A DNA stretch of 26,179 nucleotides from Gemmatimonadales bacterium (GTDB lineage: Bacteria > Gemmatimonadota > Gemmatimonadetes > Gemmatimonadales > GWC2-71-9), in the NCBI GenBank assembly GCA_041577295.1, contig JBFGJG010000054.1:1-26179 (forward strand), given 5' to 3'. Below the pieces are notes generated by a model. It was not told the origin of the DNA. It searched no databases and worked only from the letters and a program-made list of their open reading frames with translations. Shown one piece after another: positions 16,052 to 24,663 of the stretch (its first letter is position 1; every line of letters starts with the position of its first letter). The translations under genes and the position numbers were made by a program.

Positions 16052-16080
16052 ATTATGAGTGATTGCGTCCCGAAAGGCAA
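16052..16080 (-). promoter_or_regulatory. sigma70 promoter of the repressor-oxidase-ZIP operon
   Basis: TTGCCT-17 bp-CATAAT on the minus strand. Confidence 0.75.
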
Positions 16081-16093
16081 TACTGCAGCCGCC

Positions 16094-16663
16094 CTATAGC
16101 ATCAACTCAATGAATGGCTTGAGGATACGCTGCGTCATACCCCAAACGACCTGCTCGCCCACTACATAGGATAACTCCCGCCGACGCACTCCCCGCACGT
16201 TGACCTCCACCTCTCGGTGGGCGTTCGGGAATGCCGTGAGCGGGACCCACACGTGGAGGGCAACCTCATCGTTCGCTCGAATCGAGGGCGCAGCGGTCAG
16301 GCCGAATACGAAGGGTCGAACGACGATGGGCGGCAGGACACGCGTCCGAGGATGGAGATCGTCCAGTTCCCCCAGCAGCAAGTCTGATGTGAGGCGGATC
16401 CCTGTTTCCTCGATCGTTTCCCGCGTGGCCGTTTCGAACAGGTCACGGTCGGTGGCATCGCGCCGCCCGCCAGGCAACGCCATCTGACCGGACCAGGGGT
16501 CTCCGCTGCGTTCCGCCCGTTTGATCAGCAATAGATCGAGATGCTTCTCGCCCGGCGTGAGGACGAGTGCGACCGCCGCCTGAATGGTTCCGGGCTCGAC
16601 AATTCGTTGTGGGGCTCGCGTTGAAAGCCGGGCGCGAATCGTCTCGAAGTCGATCTGTGTCAT
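16094..16663 (-). CDS. CoA pyrophosphatase-type Nudix hydrolase (NudL-like)
   Basis: AAVALVL, RAERSGDPWSGQMALPGG, RETIEETGI Nudix box, VWGMT. Confidence 0.9.
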   Translation of the reverse strand: MTQIDFETIRARLSTRAPQRIVEPGTIQAAVALVLTPGEKHLDLLLIKRAERSGDPWSGQMALPGGRRDATDRDLFETATRETIEETGIRLTSDLLLGELDDLHPRTRVLPPIVVRPFVFGLTAAPSIRANDEVALHVWVPLTAFPNAHREVEVNVRGVRRRELSYVVGEQVVWGMTQRILKPFIELML

Positions 16664-16735
16664 GGCGAGCGCAAAGTTACTGGTTCGTTACGGAACTCGA
16701 CGGAAACCTGTGCCATTATATGGGTAGGACATGGT

Positions 16736-16751
16736 GGGCATGGGTCTTGCG
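16736..16751 (+). promoter_or_regulatory. Putative sigma54 (-24/-12) promoter
   Basis: GGGCATGGGTCTTGCG: GG-N10-GC with GGCA..TTGC core, upstream of a small ORF; an extended -10 TGcTATCTT (16757-16765) is an alternative. Confidence 0.5.
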
Positions 16752-16820
16752 CCGCGTGCTATCTTGCGGTGCAGGTGTTGTGCAACGGTGATCGCATCTC
16801 TCACTCGTGAGGAGGGCACT

Positions 16821-16967
16821 ATTCGCAGCTTCGGTGTTGGATTGCTTGCCCTGGCCACAGTAGCCGCTGCAGGTATCCTGCTTCGCTACCGACGGCCGGT
16901 CGTAGGCGCTAAGGCCGGTAGAGGATTCTCAACCGAGGTCGAAGCGCTCTACGCAGCTGGGTTGTAA
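16821..16967 (+). CDS. Small single-TM protein (about 48 aa), start uncertain (ATT after GAGGAGG, or upstream GTG)
   Basis: Strong SD GAGGAGG 5 nt before ATT; hydrophobic FGVGLLALATVAAAGILL then RYRR; followed by a hairpin. Confidence 0.55.
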   Translation: MRSFGVGLLALATVAAAGILLRYRRPVVGAKAGRGFSTEVEALYAAGL

Positions 16968-16968
16968 C

Positions 16969-17012
16969 CGACGCGCCGGACGACCCCGTGCGGTGGTCGT
17001 CCGGCCGTGTCG
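16969..17012. terminator. GC-rich hairpin between convergent genes
   Basis: GCCGGACGACC (16975-16985) / GGTCGTCCGGC (16995-17005), extendable by CGACGC/GTGTCG; no U-tract. Confidence 0.6.
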
Positions 17013-17017
17013 CTGAC

Positions 17018-17875
17018 TCACAACAGGTGGCGTGAATACCACGCGACGCTCGCACTCATTGCCTCGTCTAGCTCCGGCGTCGTCCCCCCCCAGGGGTGGC
17101 GGGCGCCGAACGTATGGGTCCCCATCGGAATCAATTGCAACTTCACGGTACTGGTTCGTGCCGCTTCATGAAGCATAGTCGCCTCCGCCGGCGGAACCGA
17201 CTCGTCCGCTTCGCCGTGAAGGATGAGCCAGGGTATGTCGAGGGTACTTGCGGCTCTGACCAAATTCAGGGCATCACCAGCATGCGCCTCGATCTCGTCC
17301 AGCAGGTCGGTGTACAGCGGGAGTACGTCGCCCGTCCGCGCGTTCACGATGTCCATCACGCCCTCGGTGCGCCACCGGCGGGTAGTGGCCGGGTCCCACC
17401 GGGCCACATTGGCCACGGCTGCCCACGTGATGAGGCAACGCACAGCCGGCGGTTGTTTGGCCGCGTACAGGACAGCCGTCGCGCCGCCGCGCGAGTGGCC
17501 AAAGAGACCCAACGCACCTGGCGGCGTGAGCCCGGCAACCAGTCCACCCTCCATGAGGCTGGTCACGACGCGCGTAAGGTCGTCGAGGTCACCAGTGTAG
17601 GTCGCGTGACCAAAACGCTCAGGCTCGGAAAACGATTCGCCGTCCGGCCCCACCCCGCTACCACTGAAGTTGAACGTTACCGCCATGATTCCGGCGCGTG
17701 CGATGCGATTCGCCAGGTGAGGGAAGAACCCCCAGTCCTTGAATCCCTTGAAGCCGTGGCAAATAATGACGGCCGGGCCGCCCCCGGAGAGCATGGCGCC
17801 AACACGCACCTCGCCGCGGAGCGGGCCGCCATCGCTCGCTTCGATTTCAAAGGGGATCGTTCGTACGGTCGCCAT
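17018..17875 (-). CDS. Alpha/beta hydrolase
   Basis: CHGFKGFKDWGFFP, FNFSGSG, GHSRGG nucleophile, HGEADESV, HTFG; start MATVRTIP. Confidence 0.9.
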   Translation of the reverse strand: MATVRTIPFEIEASDGGPLRGEVRVGAMLSGGGPAVIICHGFKGFKDWGFFPHLANRIARAGIMAVTFNFSGSGVGPDGESFSEPERFGHATYTGDLDDLTRVVTSLMEGGLVAGLTPPGALGLFGHSRGGATAVLYAAKQPPAVRCLITWAAVANVARWDPATTRRWRTEGVMDIVNARTGDVLPLYTDLLDEIEAHAGDALNLVRAASTLDIPWLILHGEADESVPPAEATMLHEAARTSTVKLQLIPMGTHTFGARHPWGGTTPELDEAMSASVAWYSRHLL

Positions 17876-17949
17876 GATCGTTCTTTGACCTCCGGTTTTG
17901 CCGCGAATAACTTCCACGCTGCTTCAGTCTTCCGAACGGGGATCTCCGG

Positions 17950-18522
17950 ATGGGTCTAGTCATACGACCATCCAACACGACGCTCTCGGAGGTCGGGCAG
18001 GCTCTCGCCGCCCAGAGGGATACGCTCATCGCGCAGTGGTTCCGCTGGATCAGCGAGCGCATGGCGCAGGCGCCTCACATCGATCGACCCACGGTCGAGC
18101 GCCATTTGGCCCTTCTCATCGACATTCTCATCGAGATGACCGGACCGCTCCGCCGCGTCATTTCCGACCTGTGGTTTAGCGCCTGTGATGCCTACGGTCG
18201 GACGGCGGCCGCGCGTGGGTTGGCCGCCGGTGAGGTGGTCGAAGAGATCCAGCACTTTCGGGAGCTCCTGATCCGGGCCTTGCCGCAGGTCATCGCCGGC
18301 ATGGGCGAGCGGCAGGTGATGGCCACCGTTCTTCGTCTCAACGCTGTGCTGGACAAAGGAATTGCGCACGCCGTCGTCGGTTACACGGATGCACTGGTTG
18401 AGACCCTATTCAATCAGCAAGGCGTTCCGTTTGCCGCGCTAGAGCCCGAGGAAGACGAAGTCCGGCAGCGTCTCGAGGAAATCGAAGAGGAGTTCGCTCA
18501 GCTCCGCGCGACGAGATCCTGA
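17950..18522 (+). CDS. All-helical hypothetical protein, RsbRD-N/globin-like sensor fold suspected
   Basis: LAAQRDTLIAQW, AYGRTAAARGLAAGEVVEEIQHFRELL, LNAVLDKGIAHAVVGY pattern; acidic coiled tail. Confidence 0.65.
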   Translation: MGLVIRPSNTTLSEVGQALAAQRDTLIAQWFRWISERMAQAPHIDRPTVERHLALLIDILIEMTGPLRRVISDLWFSACDAYGRTAAARGLAAGEVVEEIQHFRELLIRALPQVIAGMGERQVMATVLRLNAVLDKGIAHAVVGYTDALVETLFNQQGVPFAALEPEEDEVRQRLEEIEEEFAQLRATRS

Positions 18523-18546
18523 CGCCTGCGCGTATCCCCATCGGAT

Positions 18547-19344
18547 TCAACCCGAAACCTCTTCGCCCCCGTCCACGTTGATCACGTTGCCGGTGATCCA
18601 GTCCGTCCCTGGATCGCACAGAGCGACGAGCGCGCGCGCCACATCTTCCGGTGTCGTCAAGCGACCGTGAGGATTGCGCTTGGCGGCAAACGCAAACAGG
18701 TCGCCGCTTCCGGGAATCTTTCGGGCGGCCGGCGTGTCCGTCACGCCACCGCGAAGCGCGTTGACCGTGATTCGGTAGGGAGCGAGCTCAACTGCCAATT
18801 GGCGCGTGTGCGATTCGAGTGCACATTTTGCAGCTGAAACAGCGCCATAGGCTTTGATGACCCGTGTCGAGCCGGAAGAGGTCATCGAGAAGATGCGGCC
18901 TCCTTCACGTATCAACTTCCGAGCGACGAGGTCTTGCGCCCAATAGACGAGCGAATGCGCCATCACATCGACCGTCATCTCAATGTTGCTCTTGGTGAGC
19001 GCATCGTTGGCAATGACTGGCTTGAGCGTCCCAAACGCGAGGGAATGCATGAGGACCGCCACCGTACCACCGTGCTCCGCCACGTCTGACTCCAGCGCGT
19101 TTAGCACCTCGTTTCGTTTGTCGTCGGCGGCCGCGTTGACGTTGAAAAAACGTGCCCGCCGTTTCATCCCCTGAATCTCGCTGACGATATCTTCGACGTG
19201 TTTGAGCCCGGCCTTGCGGTCGAGGTGCACTCCGGCTATGTCGTACCCGGCATGTGCCAATGCTTTTGCACACGCCTCACCGAAACCACTCGAAGCGCCT
19301 AGTACGAGTGCCCAACGCGGGGACATTTTCTGCGCGTGAGCCAA
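18547..19344 (-). CDS. SDR oxidoreductase, FabL/FabI-like enoyl-ACP reductase
   Basis: GASSGFG, YGAVSAAK (YX6K), VNALRGGVTDT, ITGNVINVDGG; TTG start 5 nt after GGAGG (alternative GTG 19350). Confidence 0.85.
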   Translation of the reverse strand: MAHAQKMSPRWALVLGASSGFGEACAKALAHAGYDIAGVHLDRKAGLKHVEDIVSEIQGMKRRARFFNVNAAADDKRNEVLNALESDVAEHGGTVAVLMHSLAFGTLKPVIANDALTKSNIEMTVDVMAHSLVYWAQDLVARKLIREGGRIFSMTSSGSTRVIKAYGAVSAAKCALESHTRQLAVELAPYRITVNALRGGVTDTPAARKIPGSGDLFAFAAKRNPHGRLTTPEDVARALVALCDPGTDWITGNVINVDGGEEVSG

Positions 19345-19379
19345 CGACACCTCCGGTTGAGTTCGGCGGAAGTTAGCCC

Positions 19380-20678
19380 ATGAAGATTCACGTCGCCATC
19401 GTGATAGGCCTCTTGGGGGGCCTCTTGTTTGGTCTACTCGCAGCGCTTACCGGGTCGCCGACGCTCCTCGGGCTCGCTGAGGGCGTCTCCCCCCTGGGAA
19501 CCGCGTTCGTCAATCTCCTTCGAATGGTGGTCTTCCCGCTCGTCGCGAGCACGCTTTTCGTAGGCGTCGCCGGCATGAGCAACCTCAAGCAACTCGGCCG
19601 CCTCGGCACGCAAACCCTATTGTTCTTCTGGAGCACGACCATTGTCGCCATTCTCATTGGGATGGGCGCGATGAAGCTTCTCCTCCCAATGGCGGGCGCT
19701 GCGGCGCGGGACGCGACCGCCGAGGCCGGTGGCATCGAAGCCCCGGAGCTGCCAACTGCCCTCGACTTTCTCCTCGGGCTCATCCCCAGCAATCCGTTTC
19801 AGGCCGCCGCCGACGGTGCGCTACTTCCCTTCATTGTCTTTACGGTGATGTTTGCGGCCGCGACTGCGGCCCTCCCGACCGAACAGCGGCAACGCCTCAT
19901 CGATCTCGCAAACCCGATCGCGGCCGCGTTGATCAAGCTGGTTCACTGGATTCTATGGACGGCACCCATTGGCGTCTTTGCGCTGGCGGCACCAGTCACT
20001 GCAAGATCTGGGTGGGCGATGTTGCAAAGCTTGGCCGTCTTTGTGCTCGCCGTCATCGGCGGGCTCGTACTGTTTGTCGCCGTGGTCTACGTTCCGCTCG
20101 TCGGTGCGTTTGGGAAGATGCGCCCGGGGCGATTCCTCAAAGGATCGATCGGCCCACAGGTCATCGCTTTCTCGAGCACGAGCTCGGCGGCGACCATTCC
20201 GGCGATGCTCGAGGCCGCGGACGAGCTCGAGCTCTCGCGCAGGGTGGCGAGCTTCGTCGTTCCACTGGGTGCCGCGTTGAACCGGTCGGGAAGCGCTCTC
20301 TTTCAAGGGGCGTCGGTCGTGTTTCTAGCGTGGCTTTATCAGGTTCCCCTCCCGATCGGCGCGCTCGCGGGCGTCGTGTTGGCCACCTTCCTGGTATCTC
20401 TCACCGTGGCGAGTGTGCCCTCCGCAAGTATTCTCACCCTGGCGCCGGCGCTGGGACACGTTGGCGTCCCGCTGGATGGCCTCGCGGTTCTCCTCGGGAT
20501 CGATCGGATCCCGGACATGTTCAGAACCGCCGTTAACGTCACAGGTGATATGGCGGCGACGGCGGTGTTCGGCAGCGCATCGGAAACCACACACGCCGCA
20601 CCACCCGGCCCCCCGGCGCGCCGCGGGCCGCGGAAGACCGAGCTCCGCAGCATGACAGGCATGTCGGAGGACCGATAA
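19380..20678 (+). CDS. Dicarboxylate/amino acid:cation symporter (DAACS, GltP-like)
   Basis: FVNLLRMVVFPLV, IPSNPF, APIGVFAL, AFSSTSSAATIP, PLGAALNRSG, IDRIPDMFRTAVNVTGD. Confidence 0.93.
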   Translation: MKIHVAIVIGLLGGLLFGLLAALTGSPTLLGLAEGVSPLGTAFVNLLRMVVFPLVASTLFVGVAGMSNLKQLGRLGTQTLLFFWSTTIVAILIGMGAMKLLLPMAGAAARDATAEAGGIEAPELPTALDFLLGLIPSNPFQAAADGALLPFIVFTVMFAAATAALPTEQRQRLIDLANPIAAALIKLVHWILWTAPIGVFALAAPVTARSGWAMLQSLAVFVLAVIGGLVLFVAVVYVPLVGAFGKMRPGRFLKGSIGPQVIAFSSTSSAATIPAMLEAADELELSRRVASFVVPLGAALNRSGSALFQGASVVFLAWLYQVPLPIGALAGVVLATFLVSLTVASVPSASILTLAPALGHVGVPLDGLAVLLGIDRIPDMFRTAVNVTGDMAATAVFGSASETTHAAPPGPPARRGPRKTELRSMTGMSEDR

Positions 20679-20731
20679 TGGCTCACACGGCGCAACGCGG
20701 GTTCACAGACCCGATCGACATGGTCCACTGA
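20678..20731 (+). CDS. 17-aa mini-ORF MAHTAQRGFTDPIDMVH coupled at both ends
   Basis: GGAGG 7 nt upstream; TAATG overlap with symporter stop; TGATG overlap with DUF2784 start. Confidence 0.4.
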   Translation: MAHTAQRGFTDPIDMVH

Positions 20732-21105
20732 TGTTCGCTCGGATTGCCGCTGATGCCATGGTTGTCTTGCACGGGCTTTTCATTGTATTCGTTGTGGCCG
20801 GTGGCTTCCTTGCCTGGCGTTGGCGTCGCCTTGCTTGGGTGCACCTTCCTGCGGCGGGGTGGGGTGCGGCGATCGAGCTGATGGATTGGGTCTGCCCGTT
20901 GACCCCGTTGGAAAACGCGCTGCGACGCCGGGCGGGTGGTGCGGGATACGAAGGCGGGTTCATTGAGCACTATCTCATACCGCTCATCTATCCTCCCGGA
21001 CTCACGACCGGGATGCGCATCGCTCTTGGCATCGGTGTTCTTCTATTAAATGGCGTCGCGTACGGGAGATACTTCACCCGCCGTGGCCAACAACGAAACC
21101 GATGA
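20731..21105 (+). CDS. DUF2784 family membrane protein
   Basis: ADAMVVLHGLFIVFVVAGG, HLPAAGWG, WVCPLTPLENALRRRAG, GFIEHYL. Confidence 0.9.
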   Translation: MFARIAADAMVVLHGLFIVFVVAGGFLAWRWRRLAWVHLPAAGWGAAIELMDWVCPLTPLENALRRRAGGAGYEGGFIEHYLIPLIYPPGLTTGMRIALGIGVLLLNGVAYGRYFTRRGQQRNR

Positions 21106-21154
21106 ATCTGTGGCCGATACATCTCAACTGTCCTCGAGCTCGAAAGATGCTGTG

Positions 21155-23002
21155 ATGTCTCACGGGTTGCCCTCTCTCATTCCTCGGTCGGTGTTATTCG
21201 GCAATCCCGAACGGGCATCACCGCAGCTCTCACCGGACGGCCAGCGGATGTCCTATCTGGCGCCGGTGGATGATGTCCTCAACGTCTGGGTCGGAACGGT
21301 GGACGGGCGCGACTTTCGCCCGGTCACCCACGACCGTGATCGCGGTGTGCGCATGTACGCATGGGCACACGACAATCGACACCTGATCTACCTTCAGGAC
21401 AAAGGGGGAGACGAGAACTGGCAGCTCTACCGCGTGAACCCCGTGAGTGGCGAGGAGCACCTCCTTACTCCGTTTGACGATGTGCAGGTGCAGATCATCG
21501 CACACGACAAGCACCGTCCGCACGAATTGCTCATCGGAATGAACAAAGACGACCCACGAGCACATGACGTTTATCACCTCGATCTCCGCAGCGGTGAATT
21601 GGAGCGCAGAGCGCGAAATCCCGGTGAGATCATTCAGTGGGTTCCCGATGCGGACCTGCACGTCCGGGCGGCCGTCGCCAGCCGGGCCGATGGCGGTGCC
21701 GACCTGCTGTTGCGCAGTCCCGGGAGTGACGAATGGCAGACCACGATTCAGTGGGGCTCAGAGGACGCGATGACGAGTGGGCCGGTCACGTTCTCGCGCG
21801 ATGGGCGATTCCTCTATTTACAGGATTCACGTGATGCCAACGCCGCCCGGTTGGTCAGGTGGGATCCCCAAAATGGCGAATCCGCCGTGGTCGCCGGCGA
21901 CGAGCAGTACGACGTGAGCGGTGTGTTTGTGGACTCCGACACCTATGAGCCTCTCATGGTGTCGTACATGAAAGCGCGACGCGAGTGGCAGCTACTCGAT
22001 CCGTCGCTCCAGCCTGATATCGACGCCATCCGCCAGCTACAGCACGGCGACTTTGCCATCACGAGTCGTACTGATCGGGATGACGGCTGGGTGGTGGTGT
22101 TCGATCAAGACACCGGGCCCGCCGCCTATTACGCCTTTGACCGATCGGCTCGGACTGGCCGGTTCCTGTTCCACACGCGTCCCGAGCTCGCGCAATACAC
22201 GCTGGCCGCCATGGAGCCTTTCTCATTTGTCGCGCGCGATGGGCTCACAATTCACGGGTATCTCACGATCCCACCGGGCATCGGGCGGAAGTCGGTACCG
22301 ATGGTGCTCAACGTGCACGGAGGGCCGTGGCATCGGGACACGTGGGGGTACGATCCGGAGGCTCAATGGCTCGCGAATCGCGGCTACGCGATAATGCAGG
22401 TGAATTTTCGTGGTTCGACGGGTTACGGGAAGCGATTTCTCAACGCCGGGAACCGCGAGTGGGGCGCCAAGATGCATCACGACTTGGAAGATGCGGTGCA
22501 ATGGGCTGTCGCGCGGGGTATCGCTGACCCCAAGCGAGTCGCGATCTACGGTGGTTCCTATGGTGGCTATGCGGCGCTCGTGGGCGCCACGTTTACCCCA
22601 GATCTCTTTCGCTGCGCGGTTGACATCGTGGGGCCGAGCAACTTGATCACGTTCATCCAGTCCATACCGCCGTACTGGTCGGCGTTTCTCTCACTGCTGC
22701 ATGAGCGTGTGGGCGATCCCGAGAAAGACGCCGAGTTTCTGAAATCACGCTCCCCGCTGTCGTACGTCGATCGCATCAAGATTCCAATGCTGATTGCTCA
22801 AGGGGCAAACGACCCGCGAGTGAAGCAGGCCGAATCGGAGCAGATCGTGGAAGCGATGCGCCGGAAGGGTATCGATCACGAGTATCTGTTGTTTCCGGAC
22901 GAGGGGCATGGCTTTGCGAAGCCCGAGAACCGGCTCCGGTTCTACGCCGCGGCGGAGGAGTTTCTCGCCCGGCATCTCGGTGGGCGCTACGAGGAGGGAT
23001 GA
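21155..23002 (+). CDS. S9 family peptidase (dipeptidyl aminopeptidase/acylaminoacyl peptidase)
   Basis: LIPRSVLFGNPE, propeller region, VHGGPW, NFRGSTGYG, GGSYGG, GANDPRV, DEGHGF; start MSHGLP. Confidence 0.93.
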   Translation: MSHGLPSLIPRSVLFGNPERASPQLSPDGQRMSYLAPVDDVLNVWVGTVDGRDFRPVTHDRDRGVRMYAWAHDNRHLIYLQDKGGDENWQLYRVNPVSGEEHLLTPFDDVQVQIIAHDKHRPHELLIGMNKDDPRAHDVYHLDLRSGELERRARNPGEIIQWVPDADLHVRAAVASRADGGADLLLRSPGSDEWQTTIQWGSEDAMTSGPVTFSRDGRFLYLQDSRDANAARLVRWDPQNGESAVVAGDEQYDVSGVFVDSDTYEPLMVSYMKARREWQLLDPSLQPDIDAIRQLQHGDFAITSRTDRDDGWVVVFDQDTGPAAYYAFDRSARTGRFLFHTRPELAQYTLAAMEPFSFVARDGLTIHGYLTIPPGIGRKSVPMVLNVHGGPWHRDTWGYDPEAQWLANRGYAIMQVNFRGSTGYGKRFLNAGNREWGAKMHHDLEDAVQWAVARGIADPKRVAIYGGSYGGYAALVGATFTPDLFRCAVDIVGPSNLITFIQSIPPYWSAFLSLLHERVGDPEKDAEFLKSRSPLSYVDRIKIPMLIAQGANDPRVKQAESEQIVEAMRRKGIDHEYLLFPDEGHGFAKPENRLRFYAAAEEFLARHLGGRYEEG

Positions 23003-23008
23003 AGTAGA

Positions 23009-23037
23009 TCCCGGCCGCCTGGTGACCGCGACCGGGA
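23009..23037 (-). terminator. Hairpin between convergent peptidase and OmpA-domain genes
   Basis: TCCCGGCCGC / GCGACCGGGA; the single mismatch becomes a G:U pair on the minus strand. Confidence 0.5.
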
Positions 23038-23062
23038 CCACTCTAGGGAGTTCGAGCGCGGC

Positions 23063-24562
23063 TTAGCGAGCAGGACCTAGATAGAGCCGCACATCGATGC
23101 GCCGATTCTTGGCCCGCCCGTCCGCGGTCTCGTTGTTGGCAATGGGACGGGACTCACCAAACCCTACAGCCGAGATGCGACCTTCGGTAATGTTCATGTT
23201 CGCAATCAAATAATCCCGCACCGCGTCGGCTCGGCGCTGGCTCAGTGCCTGATTCACCTGATCATTCCCTTGCGAGTCCGTGTGACCCTCGATCCCAACC
23301 CGCGAATCGGGAAGCTCTCGGATCGCTCGCTGCACGCTCGTCAGGAGAGAGAAGTTGGACGGTCGGATCTCCGAGGATCCCACGGGGAAGCTCAGACCGT
23401 ACAGGCGTATCACCAGCTCATCGCCGATCATGACCACTTCCGCCTCGTCCTGGGAGAACATGCCTTGGATGCGACGCAGGGTTTGCTCACGACGCTCGCG
23501 TTCGCGGAGCTCGGCCGCCACGCGCCGTTCCCGCTGCTCGATAACTGCTAGCTGGCCGCCGAGTGAATCGACCATACGTCTGAGTTTGGTTTGGAGCGAG
23601 TCGCCGCGCCGCTCCGCTCGTGCAAGTTCCTTGGTCCGCTCTTCCAGGTCATCACGCAGGTTGTTCCGATCTTCATAGAGTCCCTGAATGGCGTCCAAGA
23701 TCTGATCCGCCACCGGAGTAATCCCGTCGGAGAATCTCGCCTCGAAGTTCAAGGCATCGACGATTCGTCCAAATTGAGCCTCGTGTTCTAGTTGGAACTT
23801 TTCGACCGCAGTCCGTTTGTCGCGATCGACCGCGTCCACGAGGTCCGCGATCAGTGTGGCGTGACGATATTCATCGGCCGACGCTTTGGCGAGCGATGCG
23901 GCCTCGCCTTTCGCATAGCGATCACCCTTCAGTTGCTGCTCAGCCTGCTGGAGATAGGACTCGGCCGTAGCGAACGTGTGCGCCGCCTTCTTGTGTGCCT
24001 CTTTTTGGAGCGCCTCCCTTCGCACTTCCTGCGCTTTCCCGAGCAAGTCGCGGCGAATGGCCTGAAACTCGGCCTCGCGGAACTCGCCGACTGCGCGGGC
24101 GGCCCGCTGCTGTGCCGCGCTCTGGTCGCCGGACTCCACTCTTCGGCCTGCGTCGATGACCGTGGACTCAGCCCGCTTCCACTCATCCAGTGCGTACTCA
24201 GGGGCGTTCGCAACGAGCGCCTCGTTTCGCGCGGCCAACGCCTCCCGCAAAAGCACCTTCCCGATTTCCTCGAACCCTCTGGCTTCACGAAGATGGGCGT
24301 CCGCTTCGCCAAGGACCTTGCGGATCTCATCGATCCTTCCACCGCGTTCGAACCGTTGCTTGGCGTCTGTGACCTTCTGCTCCGCCCGGGAGAACGCTCG
24401 GGGAGCGATGAGATCTAGCTGACTAGCGCGAGCTTCCTCGAGGCGTTGTATCGCCCGATCGAGTTCCGATTCTACTGATTGCGCTGCCAAGGATTGTCCT
24501 GAAAGAACTAGCGGGGCAATCAGGCAGAGCCCAACGAGGGTCGCCCGTACGGTTGCGTTCAT
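23063..24562 (-). CDS. Secreted OmpA C-like peptidoglycan-binding protein with long helical/coiled-coil N-terminus
   Basis: Signal peptide ending SLAA; IEGHTDSQGNDQVNQALSQRRADAV, GFGESRPIANN, GRAKNRRID; GGAGG SD. Confidence 0.9.
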   Translation of the reverse strand: MNATVRATLVGLCLIAPLVLSGQSLAAQSVESELDRAIQRLEEARASQLDLIAPRAFSRAEQKVTDAKQRFERGGRIDEIRKVLGEADAHLREARGFEEIGKVLLREALAARNEALVANAPEYALDEWKRAESTVIDAGRRVESGDQSAAQQRAARAVGEFREAEFQAIRRDLLGKAQEVRREALQKEAHKKAAHTFATAESYLQQAEQQLKGDRYAKGEAASLAKASADEYRHATLIADLVDAVDRDKRTAVEKFQLEHEAQFGRIVDALNFEARFSDGITPVADQILDAIQGLYEDRNNLRDDLEERTKELARAERRGDSLQTKLRRMVDSLGGQLAVIEQRERRVAAELRERERREQTLRRIQGMFSQDEAEVVMIGDELVIRLYGLSFPVGSSEIRPSNFSLLTSVQRAIRELPDSRVGIEGHTDSQGNDQVNQALSQRRADAVRDYLIANMNITEGRISAVGFGESRPIANNETADGRAKNRRIDVRLYLGPAR

Positions 24563-24663
24563 GGATTCCTCCGGTCATTGAATACCCCAACCAGCACCCC
24601 GTGGATGCCGTTCGAAATATTAGACGTCAGCGGTGAACGACAAAGTCACAGACCGGCGGAGGA

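Noticed and set aside
16094..16663. Nudix gene as the missing MutY C-terminal domain or MutT
   Set aside because: It carries the CoA-pyrophosphatase motif before the Nudix box and lies 12 kb away
17096..17959. 287-aa plus-strand ORF (also 8784-9587, 7776-8468, 1533-2177, 23792-24418)
   Set aside because: All lie opposite convincing genes and show shadow-type composition
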